This document shows, piece after piece, positions 46,638 through 56,032 of a stretch of DNA of 64,000 bases (its first letter is position 1; the number at the start of each line of letters is the position of its first letter). Origin of the DNA: an uncultured virus (IMG/VR IMGVR_UViG_3300009838_000017) (taxonomy: Duplodnaviria; Heunggongvirae; Uroviricota; Caudoviricetes). The translations under genes and the position numbers were made by a program. The notes beneath the pieces are model-generated. The model saw only the letters and a list, made by a program, of their open reading frames with translations, was not told the DNA's origin and did no database searches. The stretch lies in IMG/VR virus record IMGVR_UViG_3300009838_000017, positions 1-64,000 of that record. One strand, 5' to 3'.

Positions 46638-46816
46638 CAGGCCACTTGATACACCGGATCCTGAGCCTTTACCGACCCTGTGAGCCGCAACCCGGATTCT
46701 GTTGGAGATGCCTCGCTCAGGGTGGTGACTACTTCATGGAGGTCTTCGACGGCCTTCCGGAACTGCTCTGCCTCTACTTTCAGCTCAGATAGCTGCTGCT
46801 TTTCATTAGCACCCAT
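46637..46816 (-). CDS. Small hypothetical protein (59 aa, below the ORF-track cutoff)
   Basis: MGANEKQQLSELKVEAEQFRK...; GGAGG RBS; stop overlaps the SNF2 start. Confidence 0.5.
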   Translation of the reverse strand: MGANEKQQLSELKVEAEQFRKAVEDLHEVVTTLSEASPTESGLRLTGSVKAQDPVYQVA

Positions 46817-46831
46817 GATGACCCTCCGAGT

Positions 46832-47443
46832 TCACCAGAAAGCGAAGTACAGCCCGGCCTGAGGGTTGTGCTTCAGAGTCCACCAAGAAAAGGCGTAACC
46901 CCCATAGACACCGAAGTTCTTGGTCACATCGAAGCCGACCCCAGCACCAGCCGACCTGAATCCGGTGGCAAGGTTGAGGTTCAGGGACTTCCAGTAGAGA
47001 AATTCCCAAAGAAAACCGACATCAACAGCTTCAGCAGCGGTAGGGCGCTCGAAAGCGTCTACGAAGAGGAAGCTCCCAGCAAACTTGGGCCGGAATCGGA
47101 ACCCCCAAGTGGGGGGCTCTTTCTTGGCAACTACGAGGTCCACCTTCCCAGTGGCGGTCACCTCGTAGTTGCACCAGCTCATCCGAAGAGTGTAGGGGTG
47201 GGGCTCAGCCCCGGAGTAGTAGACCCGGCCATCCTGGTCCACCACGATGTTGACTGGGTCCAGTTTGAAGGTGGGTTGGGTGGTCTGCTGGCACTTCTTG
47301 TCCTTGAGGAGCTGGACGAAGACCTTCAGGTCCTCAGGAGGGACACAGGTTGACCCTGCATCACAGGTCCCCTGGGCCATGACCGGGGAAGCCCCGAGCA
47401 AGAACCCAAGGACCGTCAAGAGTGCCAGGATCCGAGCCATCAC
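46832..47443 (-). CDS. Secreted protein with C-terminal outer-membrane beta-strand signature
   Basis: Signal peptide (ILALLTVLGFLLGASPVMA); amphipathic strands ending GLYFAFW. Confidence 0.65.
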   Translation of the reverse strand: MMARILALLTVLGFLLGASPVMAQGTCDAGSTCVPPEDLKVFVQLLKDKKCQQTTQPTFKLDPVNIVVDQDGRVYYSGAEPHPYTLRMSWCNYEVTATGKVDLVVAKKEPPTWGFRFRPKFAGSFLFVDAFERPTAAEAVDVGFLWEFLYWKSLNLNLATGFRSAGAGVGFDVTKNFGVYGGYAFSWWTLKHNPQAGLYFAFW

Positions 47444-48336
47444 CCCTCCGATCTGGCGAACAAGGAGCGCTGACCTGTGGTCTCCTTGTCTTGGAGCTTG
47501 GACCGGAAGTCACCCCACTCCTTGCCGAACTTCTCGTGGAGCTTGAGGAGGTCCGTACAAGCCTTGCCCATGGTCTTGAGGCACACGTCCACATCCACGC
47601 AATCCTCGAACGAGGAGGCTGCCAGGGGGAGCCCGATGGCATTGTGGCGGACGATGTCTGCCAGGTCGTGAGCTTCCTTGGCAAACTCCCTCTGGGCCTT
47701 GGCATACTTCTCCCACTCTGGATCTGGTCCGAACCCAGAACGGGTTGGCTCAGCAGCAAGCCAACCACCGGCTGAAATGGATCGCTCGATCTCATGAGAG
47801 GCGTTGCTTGCCGACTCGTACCAGTCATCACAGGCACTCTTGAGGGCATCAAGAGACGGAGCCACGTCCGTCTTGAAGAGGTGCTGGACCATGACCGGCT
47901 TGAGAATCTTGGTCCCAACCCCCGAAGACTTCAAGGCTGCACTCCCGAGCGTGACCAGGACCTTCTGGAGCTTGCTGATCGGAGCATCACTCTTGTAGGT
48001 GCTGTAGGCCCGTAGTGGGTGGCCCTTCTGAGCAGCCTTGATCAAGTTCACTGCCTGGGTCTGGTACCTCTGAAGGCCCTTGGGGCTGACCCCGAGCTTC
48101 TCCAGACCAGCCGGGATGCCGTCCACCGCCTTGGCGAGGTCCGCCAGGGCCGACTTGGCTGCACTCTCATACCGCTTGGAGGTGGTGATGAGCCCAGCAA
48201 TAGCAGCATCAGCCGACTTGGTGGCGTTGTAGGCTGCCGGGTAGTCGTTGACATCAGCCACCTTGGTTGAGGAGGCAAACCTGTCCTTGACTCGGGCGGC
48301 AATGAACTGATCGAGAGGATTGAGTTCAGGTTTCAT
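47440..48336 (-). CDS. Hypothetical protein with PLDQFIAARVKDRFA leader
   Basis: 298 aa, helical. Confidence 0.75.
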   Translation of the reverse strand: MKPELNPLDQFIAARVKDRFASSTKVADVNDYPAAYNATKSADAAIAGLITTSKRYESAAKSALADLAKAVDGIPAGLEKLGVSPKGLQRYQTQAVNLIKAAQKGHPLRAYSTYKSDAPISKLQKVLVTLGSAALKSSGVGTKILKPVMVQHLFKTDVAPSLDALKSACDDWYESASNASHEIERSISAGGWLAAEPTRSGFGPDPEWEKYAKAQREFAKEAHDLADIVRHNAIGLPLAASSFEDCVDVDVCLKTMGKACTDLLKLHEKFGKEWGDFRSKLQDKETTGQRSLFARSEG

Positions 48337-48345
48337 GACGATCCT

Positions 48346-48624
48346 TCAGGCCCCGACGGCCTTGGCTGCTTTCTTCAGCTCTTCCATCGAAAGCTCTTCG
48401 AGGACGACGCTAGTGTAGTTGTCTACCCCGTATTCCTTGGCAGACGAGCCAGAGAACATGATGGTGTGCTTGCCACCACGAAGATGCTTGTTCCCGATGG
48501 GCATCCGCTTGTAGATAGCCATCAGGAGCTTCTTCTTGTCCTTCTCCTCGGTATCCTTGGCTGCAAACCGGGCTTTGACTCGGGAGGCGATGAACTGATC
48601 GAGGGGGCTGGAGCTGGGCATCAT
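48346..48624 (-). CDS. Small hypothetical protein with PLDQFIASRVKARFA leader
   Basis: 92 aa; leader duplicated with the downstream gene. Confidence 0.7.
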   Translation of the reverse strand: MMPSSSPLDQFIASRVKARFAAKDTEEKDKKKLLMAIYKRMPIGNKHLRGGKHTIMFSGSSAKEYGVDNYTSVVLEELSMEELKKAAKAVGA

Positions 48625-49196
48625 CCACCATACTTCTTCAGAAGATCATCAACCTTCTGAGCAGGTACACCAGAGTTGTCTTTGACCGTAACCGCAATCA
48701 CGCTTGGAGTGACCACGATGACCTGGTCCACGTCCTTGTTGGTGACCCCATCTGGGAGAACCACCTCGATGGGCTTGGTCTCTCCGGGAGGGGTGAAGAC
48801 CACCGTCTTGGGGTCCGAGAACAACCCAGGCTCCTGGATTGGAACGACCACTGCCTGAGTATCACCCTTCGAGTCTGGCTTCCCGATGGGGATGAGATTC
48901 CCATCCTTGTCCACCCTCTTGGGGTCCACTGTGTTGGCAATCTCAATGGTCTTGGACCCGTCAGCGGGCTTCTTGCCCAGGAGCCAACCAAGGAGCCCAC
49001 CAACCTGAAGCTCCTTGAAGCCCATCGAGATGAGAAGGATGGCCCCCACCACGACCACCACAGCCAGGATCACCCCAAGGGTCTTGGGACTGAGCCAGCG
49101 GATGAAGTCCCAGAGCTTGCCCATGGTAGCCTTGAAGGCTTCCCAGGTGCGTTCTCCGAAGGACTTCTCGGTCGGGGCAGGGGTCGGATCAACCAT
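48621..49196 (-). CDS. Single-pass membrane protein
   Basis: TM segment TLGVILAVVVVVGAILLISMGF followed by a soluble Pro/Val-rich domain. Confidence 0.7.
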   Translation of the reverse strand: MVDPTPAPTEKSFGERTWEAFKATMGKLWDFIRWLSPKTLGVILAVVVVVGAILLISMGFKELQVGGLLGWLLGKKPADGSKTIEIANTVDPKRVDKDGNLIPIGKPDSKGDTQAVVVPIQEPGLFSDPKTVVFTPPGETKPIEVVLPDGVTNKDVDQVIVVTPSVIAVTVKDNSGVPAQKVDDLLKKYGG

Positions 49197-50487
49197 GGAG
49201 CACCATGAACAGGTCGTACATCGGGATCCCAGTGATCACCGACGCCTGCTTCAGTGTCATTGAACACCGAATCTCAGCCAACGAGGCCGACTTGTTGTTC
49301 GAGTCGTACTCCTCCGACGCCTTGATGAGCGCCAGGTGAAGCCAGGAAGGCTCATTGGTCAGAGCATCGGCCAGGGCTTGGATGGCTTCCGAGGCCGGGT
49401 ACTTCAGACCACCACCACGCATCCGGGTCAGGTTCTTCGGGCGACCCTCGGAAATCTCCCAGTTGAGAACCCACGGGATGAACCGCTTCTTGAGGTTCTC
49501 CACCGTGGAATCTGACAACTGACAGTCTTTCCCGTTGACACGGACGAAGAAGTCGTAGCTGTCCGCCCCGTCCTTGAAGGCCCCCTCCGCCTTCCGACGC
49601 TGGATCTTCTCCTTGCTGTACTTGGTGTAAATCTCAACAACGCTCTTCCTCCCTGCGATGGAGGGATCCTCGTCATTGAGAAGGCCGGTTCCAACCAAGA
49701 TGTCCTTGAGAGCGGCCCCCCCAGAACGAGGGAGCTTCTTGATGATCTGATCGGTTGGGCGTCCACCAGGCCAAGCGATGAACTTCTTGGGGGGCTTGGG
49801 CTTGGAGCCATCAGCCCAGCCGGTACTCACCGACTTGAGATACTTCGTAGCGATCTTGGAGATGTTCTGGGACAGAGGAACGTCCACCCAGGAGACCTGC
49901 CAGTCCTCCATCATCTTGGTGAACATCCCCTTGTCGGTAGGGATGGTTCCAGCGCTCTCCCCACGCTCCTTGATTGCGAGGAAGATGTGCTTGGAGTCGG
50001 TCTGCCCGTAGAGGGTCCAGATCCGGTGCCCTGGGTAGTAGGTCTTCTCCCAGTAGTATTCAGGAACCGAGACGAACTTCCACTCAACCCCAGCGGGGGG
50101 CGAGTTGCCAGACCAAGCCTGATCGAAGGTCTGACCCTCCATCACGAAGTCTGGCTCAGGTGCCTTCGGAGGCTCCCTACGAGGGGGTCGAGGGGCTGGT
50201 TCGGGAGTCCAGGTGGCCCGACCCTTCCCCTCCAAGATGTCCTTGGCAACATTGATCTCCACCATCTTCGTGTGGTCACCCCCACGATCCGGGTGGTTCT
50301 CCAAAGCCTTTGCTCGATACGCCTTGGTGATCTCCGTTGGAGTTGGGTTGGACCCAGGAGGGAACCCCAGGATGCTCTTGGCCTGCTCCAAGGACATCGA
50401 GAGGAGAAGGCGTGCGTACCGGTCTTCAAAGGAAAGTCTTGCCCAACTACGGGCGACCTTCTGAATCAGAGGGAGATCATTGTGCAT
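49189..50487 (-). CDS. J-domain (DnaJ) protein
   Basis: ILG.....EITKAYRAKALENHPDRGGD...M.EINVA.DIL; N-terminal QKVARSW leader. Confidence 0.85.
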   Translation of the reverse strand: MHNDLPLIQKVARSWARLSFEDRYARLLLSMSLEQAKSILGFPPGSNPTPTEITKAYRAKALENHPDRGGDHTKMVEINVAKDILEGKGRATWTPEPAPRPPRREPPKAPEPDFVMEGQTFDQAWSGNSPPAGVEWKFVSVPEYYWEKTYYPGHRIWTLYGQTDSKHIFLAIKERGESAGTIPTDKGMFTKMMEDWQVSWVDVPLSQNISKIATKYLKSVSTGWADGSKPKPPKKFIAWPGGRPTDQIIKKLPRSGGAALKDILVGTGLLNDEDPSIAGRKSVVEIYTKYSKEKIQRRKAEGAFKDGADSYDFFVRVNGKDCQLSDSTVENLKKRFIPWVLNWEISEGRPKNLTRMRGGGLKYPASEAIQALADALTNEPSWLHLALIKASEEYDSNNKSASLAEIRCSMTLKQASVITGIPMYDLFMVLHG

Positions 50488-50501
50488 GGCTCAACTCACG
50501 C

Positions 50502-50999
50502 TCAGGGCTTGGGGGTCTCGTCCTTCTTGGTGGTCACTACAACAGGAGTAGTGGCCCCATCAGCAGCCGGAGGCTCCGAAGCACTTGGGGGGAGAGCCTT
50601 GTCATCCTCAGCCGCATTGGCACCCTTCGACGGGGCACTCTTGAGCCAGGCCCGGACACGATTGTACACGAAAGACGAGAACATACCGCAAATGGCACCA
50701 TAGAGGATGCGTCCACCACGGGTACCATTCGTGATCTCAGGCCAGATAAAAGTCTTCGCCATGAGCCCCATGAGCCCACCCACAAGGACGGGAAACACGG
50801 GCAGGAAGACCTCGTTCCAGAGCCGGTCGAGGGTCACTGTCTGCTTGAAAGTCCCGTTGGCTACGAGAATCTTCCAGGTGCCCTCAATCACCTTCCTACC
50901 GAAGTAGGTGATGACGTAGACAGCCATGCAGATGAAGAGGGTTTGTGGGTTGAATACCGCCTGAGCCAGAGCGTCAAGGTTCATGGTGCCTCCATCCAA
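50502..50999 (-). CDS. Three-TM membrane protein, putative holin
   Basis: Three hydrophobic segments (LPVFPVLVGG, GAICGMFSSFVY) and a charged C-terminal tail. Confidence 0.6.
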   Translation of the reverse strand: MDGGTMNLDALAQAVFNPQTLFICMAVYVITYFGRKVIEGTWKILVANGTFKQTVTLDRLWNEVFLPVFPVLVGGLMGLMAKTFIWPEITNGTRGGRILYGAICGMFSSFVYNRVRAWLKSAPSKGANAAEDDKALPPSASEPPAADGATTPVVVTTKKDETPKP

Positions 51000-51044
51000 A
51001 GTGGGCTCATAGAATGAACCTCACCCGACAAAGGCCACCTTGAT

Positions 51045-51368
51045 TCAGTGCTCGGTCACAGAGAGTGATTCAGTGACTTCTATCGTGTGATGTTGAGGCT
51101 CTCGCTGTGCCTCGGCCTGAGCTGGTGGGGCGGGAGGAGGGGCTGCTAGAACGGGTTCAACTGGCTTTGCAAACCGTGGAACCACGTTCTCGATATCAAG
51201 CCTCTCCCAGCGAGAGATCCACTTGAGCTGGTCCTGAAGCTCTCTCCGCTGTTCCGAAGTGAGCTGTGGGTTGTTCAAAAGGAGTTGGAGCTGCCGCCTT
51301 GCACTAGCAGCCCCAACAGCCCGAATCTCCTTCGGAACTTCGTACAGGGTGATGGTTCGGATGCCCAT
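51045..51368 (-). CDS. Hypothetical protein
   Basis: ATG 51368 (MGIRTITL) directly after the structural gene stop. Confidence 0.6.
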   Translation of the reverse strand: MGIRTITLYEVPKEIRAVGAASARRQLQLLLNNPQLTSEQRRELQDQLKWISRWERLDIENVVPRFAKPVEPVLAAPPPAPPAQAEAQREPQHHTIEVTESLSVTEH

Positions 51369-51369
51369 C

Positions 51370-54300
51370 TCAGTAGCCCTCGGTCCTGTTCGGGAGCTGA
51401 ATCGAGTTGGGGTCCACCTCGTACTTCGTTCGGTTCGACACGAGGGGGTGCCCTTCGATTCGGTAGAGGTCTGCCGCTGCTGACCCTTCGCTTGTCCCGT
51501 TCGTCCCGATGACGACGGTGGCACCCTCAGCGTCCACCCCAAGGGTGACCACACGAGTCACCACTGCCATCATCAGCTCGTCTCCGGCACTAGCCTTGTT
51601 GGCACCAACGCTGGTTGGTGCATTCCGGACCAGGTAAGCCCGACCAACGAGGGCCTTGGTTCCACGTCCAGTCCCCTGGATGTTGGAGTAAGTGGCAAAG
51701 ACCTCTCCACCAGGACGGTCCCCAGACCCAACAAACATCGACCCACCCCGGTTGACCCGGAAGTTGGTCAGGAGTTCGTAGAGACCCGGCTCACCATCCA
51801 CATGAATCAGAACATCGCTCGGAAGACCCGAGGAGACCGAAGCAGGCATGAGGGTGATCTCGTCCTGCTCGAACACCTTGGTGCGAGCCAAGCTGCCTGT
51901 GCCCGAACCCAGGCCCGTGTCATCGAGGTAGATGAGGGGAGAGGGGTTCACGTTCGAGAACCGGCCACCGTGGAAGTCCTTGTCCCGGTAGAGTGCCCCC
52001 AGGGGAAGCCTCTCGGTGCAACCCAGGTACTCAGGGCTGGCTTCGAGGTCGAACCCAAGTCCACCAGGGTTCAGGGCTCCCGTCATGAGGCCAGGTCGGC
52101 TGTCAATCGAGGAGGTTGGAGGGTATGCCGTCGGGTCCTCGTAGCCAACGTTCCGGAAGTCGTTCCAGTTCGGTGGGACCAAGTCCCCTGAGAGGCGACC
52201 CGTTCCAAGGGTCGTGATGAAACCGGTCGATGCCAGCACCTCCAGGGCCTTCTGGTTGGGCCGAGTGAGGGAGGCCAGGTCCAGGAACGAGGAGCTGAGC
52301 TGGTACGCTGTAGCGCTCGTCAGAGGCCCTGGCGTGTACCCCAAGTCCAGGTAGGTGGACTGAGACCCCCAGGGGTCACCCTGGTAGGGGGTTCGGCTGT
52401 AGTTGATGAGAGCCGAGTCGAAGCTGGTCAACGGACCAGGGAGAATCGCCCAAGGAGCATGAAGGGGTGCGGTCAAGTTAGCCGTTCGGGTTGCCGCAAT
52501 GACCTCCGTCCGCTTTCGGGACAGAACCATCTTGAAGGGCTTGTTCAGGTCGAAGGACCCACGGTCGAACCCGAAGATGCTTGCCGTGATGACATAGTGC
52601 TTCGACCGGAACGTGCTGATCGGGGTAGGCGACTTGCTGAGATCCAAAGCATCTGCATTCAGAATGAAGACGCTGTCTCCGTCATCATCGATCTCGATCC
52701 AGAAGACCGGCCCGTCGAAGTTCTGCCGAAGCAGGTTCTTGGCTCCGGACCCCTTAGGCTCCCTAGTCACTGAATCGAAAGCACTGCCATTTGCCTTGAA
52801 GTCTGCCGCCTCATAGACTGCCCAAAGACGAGCAATCCCGTAGAACGGTGGGAGCTGGAGCCCCTGACGACCCAAGCCTCGGGTGTCATCGAAGAACTTG
52901 ATTCCAGCGTAGGTATCCCCGCTAAACGAGAAGGTGGAGTTGTAGGTGGCTTCTGTGATCGAGGGAAGAGACAGGTTTCCTGTGGAGAAGACCGCAAAGG
53001 AGAAGTTCCCCCCAGGCTCATAGTTGATGTACTGCTTGTTGTGGTCAGAGTCCGTAACCTCCGTGGGGCCACCCTCATGCGACTGAAGCATGAAGTTGAT
53101 ACCACGATGGAACACAGTCCCATTGGCAGGGAGAATGGGGAGGTAGACCGCACCCCATCCTGGGACCAGGTGCCTTGGGAGGGTGACACAGAAGTTCTTG
53201 AGATTTGCCTCTGACTGAGTAGAGCCTGAGAAGTGACCTAGTGGATCGGTAGTCGCCCACTTGGAGGTCACCCCGTCCACCTTCTTCAAGGGCATGAGAC
53301 CCTGGGCGTGACGGATGACGTACTCAACAGTCCCAGAAACAGAAGGAAAGTCTTGGTAGGTCTCAAGCTGATGATTGTCGTCAACCCCCAGGGCCTTGAT
53401 CACGTAGATCCCCATCGCAGGGCCAGATGTGATCTCGATCACATCACTCTCTAGGAGAAGACCAAGTCCGGTGAACGTAGCTCCGGAGTCAGTCAGCGTA
53501 GACCCCGATAGGGTAGCAGTTCTTGTCCCGGTAATTGGAAAGACAGAACCGTAGGTATTCTCGCCTGCCCCATTGACTGGGGAAGAGGTGGCTGGGAAGC
53601 CCATCCTCTGGAATGGGGTCAGGATGACTGTCTTCGACCCCAGGTCAGCATAGGCTTCAGCCGTCACTGGGATGAGATTCTTGTAGGGCTGGTTCCGGTA
53701 CTTGGACCAGAGCATCGCCCAGGCAGTTCTCAGCGGGAAGTTGGTCTGAGGGACCCCAGAGGGCTGAATCATCAGCTCTGCATAGGGGTTGTAGAGCGCC
53801 AAGTTGTGGATCGAGTCTGGACGCCTTGAGAGTCCACGCCCCCCGCCATACTGAACGTTGACAGTGACGTAGATATTGGGGTTCTCGCTCTTCGCAATCG
53901 GGAAGGGTGCTCCTGACCCAACGAACTGGAGGGTCAGGTCAGAGGTGGACGTGGCATTGTAGGGTTGAACGATGAACCGGTGCTGGGGAAGAGGAACAGA
54001 AGACCCGTCAATCCGGATCTGAACCGACCCACGACCCTTGCGAACCTCATAGTAGCACCCAGCGGTCGCTGGGATTGTACGATCAACGGTGATGGTTCCT
54101 GCTGCAACTGCCTTGATCTCGTAGGTGCCCTTCGCAGCCCCGTAGTAGATCACCAGGGAATCCCCCGGCTCCACCCCAGATGCGATGAAGTCGGCAATAC
54201 CTGGGTCAGAGAAAGAAGTGCCTACGGTTGAGACCCCTGTTGAGCTGGAGAGGGGGACCTCGTTGAGCAAACGAACCTGGTCTGCATCTGCCCCAGGAGT

Positions 54301-55989
54301 CGTGTTCTTGAAGGGGGCGACTGGGATGCGAATCCGATCTCCAGACCTACCAGTTGGATCGGTGTTATCCGCTGGTTCTGAAGTATCTGCTGACCAGTTG
54401 TCCCCCAGTGCTTGACGAGTGGTCGTGGCACTGATGACGTTCAGGGACCAGTTGGAGGCCACTGGCTGAGACCCGCTGACCACCACCCCTGTGTAGGGTG
54501 TGCAGATGATCTCGACAGGCTGTTGGGCAGACGCATCCGAGTAGATCATCCTGATCCGGTCAGGAGCATCGATCTTGGTGATCCCCAAGCCTGCTGGGGT
54601 GGCACTGATCTTGTCCTCATACAGAACGAAAGTTCCCTGGGTACCGCTCCCGGACCTCTTCCAGTTGGCTCGGAGTTGCCCCTTGAGGAGCTTGTCGAGG
54701 TTCGACTGAAGAGTGGCCCTGTAGTCCACCCCATTGGGCGTGACAACGTGCCGAAGGTCAAGGATGTCCGTCAGGGCCACCTGATCTGAGAAGAGGCCGT
54801 CAGGGCGTCCTGAGAGCACCTTGACCACGGACCCTGCCGGGTGAGCCTCGGCAACGGTTCCGTTCTTGGCCCGGACGACTCCACCGATGGTGTTCCCAGA
54901 GATGGTGTTGTAGGAGAGAATCTCCTCCCCAATCTGGATGAGGACGGATGAGGCCGGGTTGGCAGGGAGAGGGATGTCCGCTGCTGAGACCACGGTGATC
55001 GAAGAAGCCGTGTCCGTGATGGCCGTGGCAAGGACTGGCAAGGGGGCGAAGGTCTTGGCCCCAGTTCGGTCGATGGCGGTAGGATTCCGATTCAGACCTC
55101 CGTTGAGGTTCTGAGAGGGGTCCCCCGCCCAAGCCACACCGTTCCTACGGAAGACGACGCACAGAGGGATAGCATAAACGTAGCCATCAACCGTCCCGAG
55201 GTCGTTGACCGTCCCATCCCCAGCACGCCAGAGGCCGGGGTCTCCCAGTTCCTCCTGCATGTTGACGAAGGGATAGCCCCCAGTGGAAGGAGGGGTAGCC
55301 ATGGTCCCCTGGGCCTTGACTGCCGTAGCGTCGAAGCCGTCGGGGTAGTTCGCCAGGCCGATGAGCCCCTTGATGACCCGGATCCGGTACTGGAGCTGGG
55401 TTCGCTGAGAGGTCTCGAACCCGATGGCTGGGTCCTGGATGTCGTCAGGAAGGTAGCTGGCGCCTCCCTCGACGTTTCCGTAGCGGTAGACGGCCGAGGA
55501 GCTGGGCTTGTTCAGGCTGGATGGTCCGGGCGGTACACGGGCCTTCCAGACCTCAAGGAACACGAAGTCCGACCGGAAGTCCCCGCTGTTGGACGGAGGG
55601 GGGTCCAGCGTGATCTTGTTCCACACATCCGTGTTGTTGGGGGCGCCAGGAGGGGTTCCGGTCTTCGTCCCGGCAACCGGAACGAGCCACCCGTTGACCA
55701 CCGCCCACATGATGGACTTCTTCTCGCCCGAGCGCTGACGACCGAACTGGAACCAGTTCGACCAGCTTGAGCTGGTGACGTAGTCCTTCGAGGGGTTGGT
55801 ATCGTTGCCCAGCCACCCTGAAGGGGTCCCCCGGAGAACAAGCTGCTGCCTCCAGTCGTTCTCAAGCTGCTGGATGAGGTTCAACTCCGAGTCCAGCGGG
55901 GGCTTGCCCTGCTGCCAGACGACCTCCAGGTACGCAGAGTTCTTAGGATCCAGGACCCGGCTAACGCCAATTCCGAAGTTATCCGCCAT
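51370..55989 (-). CDS. Large virion structural protein (baseplate/tail-associated; DUF6519-like N-terminus)
   Basis: 1539 aa; VWQQGKPPLDSELN; G/S/T/P-rich beta composition. Confidence 0.7.
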   Translation of the reverse strand: MADNFGIGVSRVLDPKNSAYLEVVWQQGKPPLDSELNLIQQLENDWRQQLVLRGTPSGWLGNDTNPSKDYVTSSSWSNWFQFGRQRSGEKKSIMWAVVNGWLVPVAGTKTGTPPGAPNNTDVWNKITLDPPPSNSGDFRSDFVFLEVWKARVPPGPSSLNKPSSSAVYRYGNVEGGASYLPDDIQDPAIGFETSQRTQLQYRIRVIKGLIGLANYPDGFDATAVKAQGTMATPPSTGGYPFVNMQEELGDPGLWRAGDGTVNDLGTVDGYVYAIPLCVVFRRNGVAWAGDPSQNLNGGLNRNPTAIDRTGAKTFAPLPVLATAITDTASSITVVSAADIPLPANPASSVLIQIGEEILSYNTISGNTIGGVVRAKNGTVAEAHPAGSVVKVLSGRPDGLFSDQVALTDILDLRHVVTPNGVDYRATLQSNLDKLLKGQLRANWKRSGSGTQGTFVLYEDKISATPAGLGITKIDAPDRIRMIYSDASAQQPVEIICTPYTGVVVSGSQPVASNWSLNVISATTTRQALGDNWSADTSEPADNTDPTGRSGDRIRIPVAPFKNTTPGADADQVRLLNEVPLSSSTGVSTVGTSFSDPGIADFIASGVEPGDSLVIYYGAAKGTYEIKAVAAGTITVDRTIPATAGCYYEVRKGRGSVQIRIDGSSVPLPQHRFIVQPYNATSTSDLTLQFVGSGAPFPIAKSENPNIYVTVNVQYGGGRGLSRRPDSIHNLALYNPYAELMIQPSGVPQTNFPLRTAWAMLWSKYRNQPYKNLIPVTAEAYADLGSKTVILTPFQRMGFPATSSPVNGAGENTYGSVFPITGTRTATLSGSTLTDSGATFTGLGLLLESDVIEITSGPAMGIYVIKALGVDDNHQLETYQDFPSVSGTVEYVIRHAQGLMPLKKVDGVTSKWATTDPLGHFSGSTQSEANLKNFCVTLPRHLVPGWGAVYLPILPANGTVFHRGINFMLQSHEGGPTEVTDSDHNKQYINYEPGGNFSFAVFSTGNLSLPSITEATYNSTFSFSGDTYAGIKFFDDTRGLGRQGLQLPPFYGIARLWAVYEAADFKANGSAFDSVTREPKGSGAKNLLRQNFDGPVFWIEIDDDGDSVFILNADALDLSKSPTPISTFRSKHYVITASIFGFDRGSFDLNKPFKMVLSRKRTEVIAATRTANLTAPLHAPWAILPGPLTSFDSALINYSRTPYQGDPWGSQSTYLDLGYTPGPLTSATAYQLSSSFLDLASLTRPNQKALEVLASTGFITTLGTGRLSGDLVPPNWNDFRNVGYEDPTAYPPTSSIDSRPGLMTGALNPGGLGFDLEASPEYLGCTERLPLGALYRDKDFHGGRFSNVNPSPLIYLDDTGLGSGTGSLARTKVFEQDEITLMPASVSSGLPSDVLIHVDGEPGLYELLTNFRVNRGGSMFVGSGDRPGGEVFATYSNIQGTGRGTKALVGRAYLVRNAPTSVGANKASAGDELMMAVVTRVVTLGVDAEGATVVIGTNGTSEGSAAADLYRIEGHPLVSNRTKYEVDPNSIQLPNRTEGY

Positions 55990-56032
55990 TGGGCTTCTCC
56001 GATTTCATCCGTTCTTGGTCAGGTCCAGGGCA

